Positions 23,965 through 29,034 of a stretch of 29,034 nt of DNA are shown here, one piece after another; the stretch's first letter is position 1, and the number at the start of each line of letters is the position of its first letter. Origin of the DNA: Octopus sinensis (taxonomy: Eukaryota); NCBI RefSeq assembly GCF_006345805.1, contig NW_021833158.1, forward strand, positions 1 to 29,034. Reading direction: 5' to 3'. A program made the translations under genes and the position numbers. Below the pieces are notes generated by a model that made no database searches, was not told the DNA's origin, and saw only the letters and a program-made list of their open reading frames with translations.

Positions 23965-24727
23965 TGGTATCAATAAGTTGTGTATACTTTTCGATGCCTC
24001 ATAACTTAATGGAAAAAAATTAATAGAGCGCATATCGATGTGCAATTCACTAATCAGACGAAACAAAGATTATCCATTTTTGAAACGAATGATCACGTGT
24101 GATTATTTACAACATAAAATGGAAAAGCTCCTGGCGAAAACGATATGAGCCGTCTTCTATCTCTCCAAAAGCTGGTCTGTATCCGTAGAAGGTGATGTCC
24201 TGTATCTGCTGAGCCTGGAAGGGCATTGTTTATTATGAGCTACTTCCATGAAGTCAGTCATTAAAATTCAAACTATTATTGTCCCCGATTTCATCAATTA
24301 AAGGATGTAATTTATGAAAAACGTCCAGAACTGACTTACCGAAAGGACAACGCTAGACAGTACATTTCTTTGCAGACTCGGCAGAAATTGGTGCAGCTTG
24401 GGTGGGATGTCTTACCCCCCACACACACACACCGTACTAAACTGACCTTGCACCTTCGGATTATCATTTATTGGGATCCTTGCAGAATTCTCTTAATGGG
24501 AAGAACTTTGATTGTTTAAAAGAGTGTAGAAGCTACTTAGACAAGTTAATGACCCAGAAAGATACCAAGTTCTGGAAGGACAGGGTCATGAAGCTGCCTC
24601 AAAGATGGCGAAAGATAGGGGAACAAAATGGGAAATATTTGGTTTGAGTAAAGCTATGCACGGCAATCTAAAGACTATTAAAAAATTTTACTTACAAAAT
24701 GCTAGAAAGTTTTTTGCAAACCGAACA
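23965..24727 (+). mobile_element. Second mariner transposon remnant (catalytic half plus decayed 3' TIR)
   Basis: MPHNL (WVPHEL), PFLKRMITCD, WKGIVYYELLP, DNARQY, LGWDVLP, DLAPSDYHL, MKLPQRWRK. Contains deletions and stops. Confidence 0.88.
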
Positions 24728-24762
24728 AACACAGACATACATAATATAACGGTATTCATAAT

Positions 24763-24964
24763 GACACACACACACACACATATATATATATACACACATA
24801 TACACAAACACACAAATACACATACACACACATACACGCATACACATACATACACACAGGTACAAATACACACACATACACACACATACTCACACATACA
24901 CATACACACACACATACACACACACATCCACACACATACACATACATACACACACACACACACA
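24763..24964. repeat. (CA)n/(CATA)n microsatellite
   Basis: Direct inspection. Confidence 0.95.
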
Positions 24965-25175
24965 TTGGTTTTAAACTTGGCACTCGACCAGCAATTTCAA
25001 GTCAAATTTAAGTGGATCATATTAACCCACGTGCTTAATAAGTATTTATTTTATCGAGCGAAACGATGACATGTAACAGCAACCCAGGCGACAGTAACGG
25101 TTCTGCCGGCTCAAACTGTATGCATGCATGTGTGTGTGTGTGTATGTACACCAATGTGTAGAAGTTTGTGCATAA

Positions 25176-25206
<31 letters not shown>

Positions 25207-25499
25207 AAGAGAGAGAGACAGAGTGAGAGAGGAAGGGAGCAAATTATAAATTCTTGGTATTTATAAAATACATCCTAAATTTCCCAGTTTAGACAAATTG
25301 AGGATACAACATAAACATAGTAATTATATATTTAATTACTTCTAATTAGCTGTAATTATGCAATTTCAAAGTGCTTTACTGCTCACAGGCTTAATTTCAG
25401 CCTGTTCATATTTGAAAACTATTCTTTATTTCATTTACGGGATTATTATATATCTGGAAAGGCATTATTGCCCTCTCATCTCATTCATCATCTCACCTT

Positions 25500-25890
25500 G
25501 TATTCTCCCGTTTAGAGGTGCCATAATCAACTGCATTTTATATTCATTTATATTTAGGGGAACAGGACAATCGAAGGAGACTTTTGGTATCGCTAAGCCA
25601 AACAGAAATAGCAGTTGACAAATATGCCAGGAAAAGATCGTTTGGAATTCGTATTAAAGATTTAGGACGAGAAATAGGGAAAGGGTTAGAATATAAGTTG
25701 TAGCTATGGGTATTCTCACATTTACAGGTTCCATAATCAACTGCATTTGAAACTTATTTTAATAAAGTTTAGGGGAACAGGACAAACGAAGGGACATTTG
25801 ATATGGCTAAACCTAAAGAAACAGCAGTTGACAAATGTATCAGAAAAAATTCTTTTATTAGGGATTTAGAACGAGAGAAGGGTTTAAAAG
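25500..25890 (+). repeat. ~210-bp-period tandem duplication
   Basis: gtattctc..ccataatcaactgcattt..tttaggggaacaggacaa..gcagttgacaaat occurs at ~25500 and ~25710. Confidence 0.85.
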
Positions 25891-25990
25891 AGAGGCCAAG
25901 CGTTTGAGTTTTTAGGTTAGGGTTTAAGTTGTAGGTATTGGTTAGGTTTAAGGGTCACGGTATACAGGTTAAGTTTAGAAATACGTGGGG

Positions 25991-26036
<46 letters not shown>

Positions 26037-26240
26037 TGTGAACATATGAGAAAAAAATAAGGTTTTTTAAAAATAAAAAATAAAGTATTTTTGTAATATC
26101 CAATGAGTAAAATGTAGAATTGTGAAACGAATTGTGTGAATAAGAAGATACAGCTTTTCTTCCACCCCCACCCACATATATATATATACACACATATATG
26201 TATATATGTATGCATGTATGTATGTATTATGTATGTATGT

Positions 26241-26495
26241 ATACTCTTTTACTTGACCGCGGCCATGATGGAGCGGTGTCTTTTGGGTTAAACAAATCGA
26301 CACAAAATTTATTCTTTACTAGTGCAGTACTTATTCTATCGGTTCCTTTTGTCGAACCGCTAATTTACGGGGACGCAAACACACCAACATCGGTTGCCAA
26401 GCGATGATGAGAGGACAAACACAGACACACAAACAAGGCTTTGGTCAGCCCGAGGCTATAGTAGAAGTCATTTGGCCAAAGTGAACCCCGAACCA
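26241..26495 (-). mobile_element. SINE family A, diverged and internally deleted
   Basis: agtacttattctatcggt..gaaccgctaa..acaccaacatcggttg..caaggctttggtc..ggctatagtagaa. Confidence 0.8.
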
Positions 26496-26951
26496 TATAT
26501 ATATATAAATATATAAACGCATACACGCACATAGATGGATAGGATAGATAGATACATATTGATATGGTAAACTCAAGTTTGATGGCCATTATTTCCTGGA
26601 ATGCAAACATGTTCTTAGCAAGGTCGGAATTAATAATAACAGCTCATATGAAGTAATTAAATGGAACAATTAGAGAGTTAATTACTTTGTTTACGATGTA
26701 TATTATTGCCTCAAGTGGGCGACTGACATGCATTTAACAATGACCAAATTTCTGAGACTCAATCTCTCATACTCTCACGCTTACTCACTTTTATTCTCTA
26801 ACACACACGCTCCCTGTCTGTCTGTCTGTCTGTCTCACGTATGTAAACATGTACATATATGCATATATTTATACATACATACATGTATGCATATACTTAT
26901 ACATTCTACACATCCTACACATGCATACCCACTCTCTGTATATATATATAT

Positions 26952-26982
<31 letters not shown>

Positions 26983-27021
26983 GTTTGTGTGAGTGTGTGT
27001 GTGTGTGTATGTATGTATAAA

Positions 27022-27342
27022 GGCTAAAGACCCCCTTCGGTCATGAATGAGCATGAGATTGCACCTAGAAAGTTCCCCTCGGAGGCATAAATCCGAGTAA
27101 GGCTGTTTATGGAAGATCAGAAGCCGCCCATGCATACTGGCCCCTCCCCTCTACGCCACCGATGTTATCCAAGGCAAAGGCAAAGAGGGCCGATATAGCT
27201 TGGCAGCAGTGAGGGGTCACAGCTCATTTCTATCGATTAGTGAACTGGAGTAACGTGAGATAAAGTGTCTTGCCCAAGAACACAACACACAGCTCGGACC
27301 AGGATTCGAACTCACAACCTCATCATTGTGATTCCAATGCTC
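27022..27342 (-). mobile_element. tRNA-derived SINE family C
   Basis: Minus strand has B box GAGTTCGAATCC followed by ttgtgttcttgggcaagacacttt. Confidence 0.8.
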
Positions 27343-27974
27343 ACACACACACACACACACATACATACATAAGCACACACAAGAGTCAGCTGAAAAGTTC
27401 ATTAGCTGATCAAAAATTTACTTGTGAGATTTTTGCTACCCTGGTAACTATTTATTTAAGTTTTCCGTGTTAATTGTTAACAAGGTAAAAATACACTCAT
27501 CTATCGATAATACATATATATGTATAAATATATATATATACGCATATAGGCATATACATGTACATGTATAAATAGTTGTGTGTGTGTATGTCTTGTGTAT
27601 GTCTTGTGTATGTCTTGATAAAAAGTGAGAGAAAGCGAAATCCCGAGACAATAAGGGATAGCTGGCATTTCTTAAATACAACAGAATGTTGGCTAATTAA
27701 GGCACACACAGGATTCTCTTTCAGCACAAACATTGTAATTATCTTTTTAATTATATCGAATGAGTAGTAATTATTTGATTTTAAGAAAGTTTTGTTCAGC
27801 AATCAAAGAGTGGAGATATTTGATATCGTTAAACCAAACAGAAGTAGTAGCTTGACAATCCCGTATTTGCATAATGCATATATAGTTTTATGTATGTGTG
27901 TATATCAAATCTATATATAGATATTTCAATATGCATATATATACATGTGAATATATATATATATATATATATAT

Positions 27975-28883
27975 ATAAGGGTTAAATGCAACAAGTTGCT
28001 CAAAACCGCATACCGAAAACATTAGAAATAGCAGCCAAAATTGGTCACAATTTCCTCTACTAGTATTTTCTGCCTTTTTTGCCATATACAGCTTACAAAT
28101 TCTGTTTGCTTGTGGAGACTTTTTACTAGTAGAGGAAATGGTGACCAATTTTGGCTGCTATTTCTAATGTTTTCGGTATGCGGTTTTGAGCAACTTGTTG
28201 CATTTAACCCTTATTTATAATTATTATAACCCTTACCAAATATGGTCTTTTCCATACCGATAAATCTACTAGGTGAAATTGATTAATTTTATTAAATTAA
28301 TTATATTCCACCCTTTATTGCATATTGAATACTTTTGCTCCCTTACAAGTTATCTACGAATTTTTCGTTTCGTTGGTAACGTTTTTGTAGCTCACGTGGT
28401 AAATTTTGGAGGGAAATATGAATTCGCATGTCGGTATAGGTGTAGGAATGCTAGCAGTTCTGTTAGACCGTCCGATGTCGCTGATCGTATTGGTGTAACG
28501 GGTGAGTTTTTCCCCTAGCATTTCTAGATCTATAGGAAATATTATATTGACAAGGAAATGAACCTTCGGTTCTAATCCAGAAACGAGTCCTCTATAATTA
28601 ATCCATAGGCTGGGATTTCGTTATTTTCTGCCTTTTTTGCCATATACAGCTTACAAATTCTGTTTGTTTGTGGAGACTTTTTACTAGTAGAGGAAATGGT
28701 GACCAATTTTGGCTGCTAATTCTAATGTTTTCGGTATGCGGTTTTGAGCAACTTGTTGCATTTAACCCTTATTTATAATTATTATAACCCTTACCAAATA
28801 TGGTCTTTTCCATACGGATAAATCTACTAGGTGAAATTGATTAATTTTATTAAATTAATTATATTCCACCCTTTATTGCATAT
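27975..28883 (+). mobile_element. Young non-coding PLE-like element: 558-bp monomer, 262-bp direct repeat, 91-bp 5' inverted segment
   Basis: 28064-28325 vs 28622-28883 differ at 3 positions. 27975-28065 is the reverse complement of 28124-28214 with 1 mismatch. (TA)n on both sides. Confidence 0.8.
28541..28598 (+). ncRNA. Candidate hammerhead variant (U3-A8 core)
   Basis: attata-TTGACAA-gga.aat.gaacc(ttc)ggttc.taa.tcc-a-GAAA-cgag-TC-ctc-tataat. Stem I requires a 3-nt bulge. Confidence 0.45.
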
Positions 28884-28896
28884 ATATATATATAAT

Positions 28897-28971
<75 letters not shown>

Positions 28972-29034
28972 ATAAAAAATGAAGTTCGAAAATGCTGCTA
29001 TATTATACAATTTTTAATTTTTATATATACATAT

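Overview
Repeat-saturated, AT-rich eukaryotic (animal) DNA with no recognisable host exon. The (TA)n/(TATG)n/(CA)n density and the SINE families look like an Octopus (coleoid cephalopod) intergenic or intronic region; this is an inference from memory of those repeats, not a search. From left to right: a nested stack (Tx1/L1-type LINE fragment, mariner, Charlie-type hAT carrying a solo LTR); a young ~2.2 kb palindromic Neptune-like Penelope element (PLE; RT thumb + GIY-YIG); a 5'-truncated CR1-clade LINE; two copies of an LTR-like repeat; pogo, Tc1 and second mariner remnants; many tRNA-derived SINEs; and several local duplications. The most interesting signal is a possible PLE/hammerhead-ribozyme (HHR) system. 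The coding PLE carries a variant minimal HHR. Two unrelated non-coding elements (354-bp and 558-bp monomers with terminal redundancy) each carry their own HHR-like motif, and all three sit in (TA)n tracts, so the latter two look like retrozyme-like non-autonomous elements. Most ORFs in the supplied track are microsatellite artefacts.
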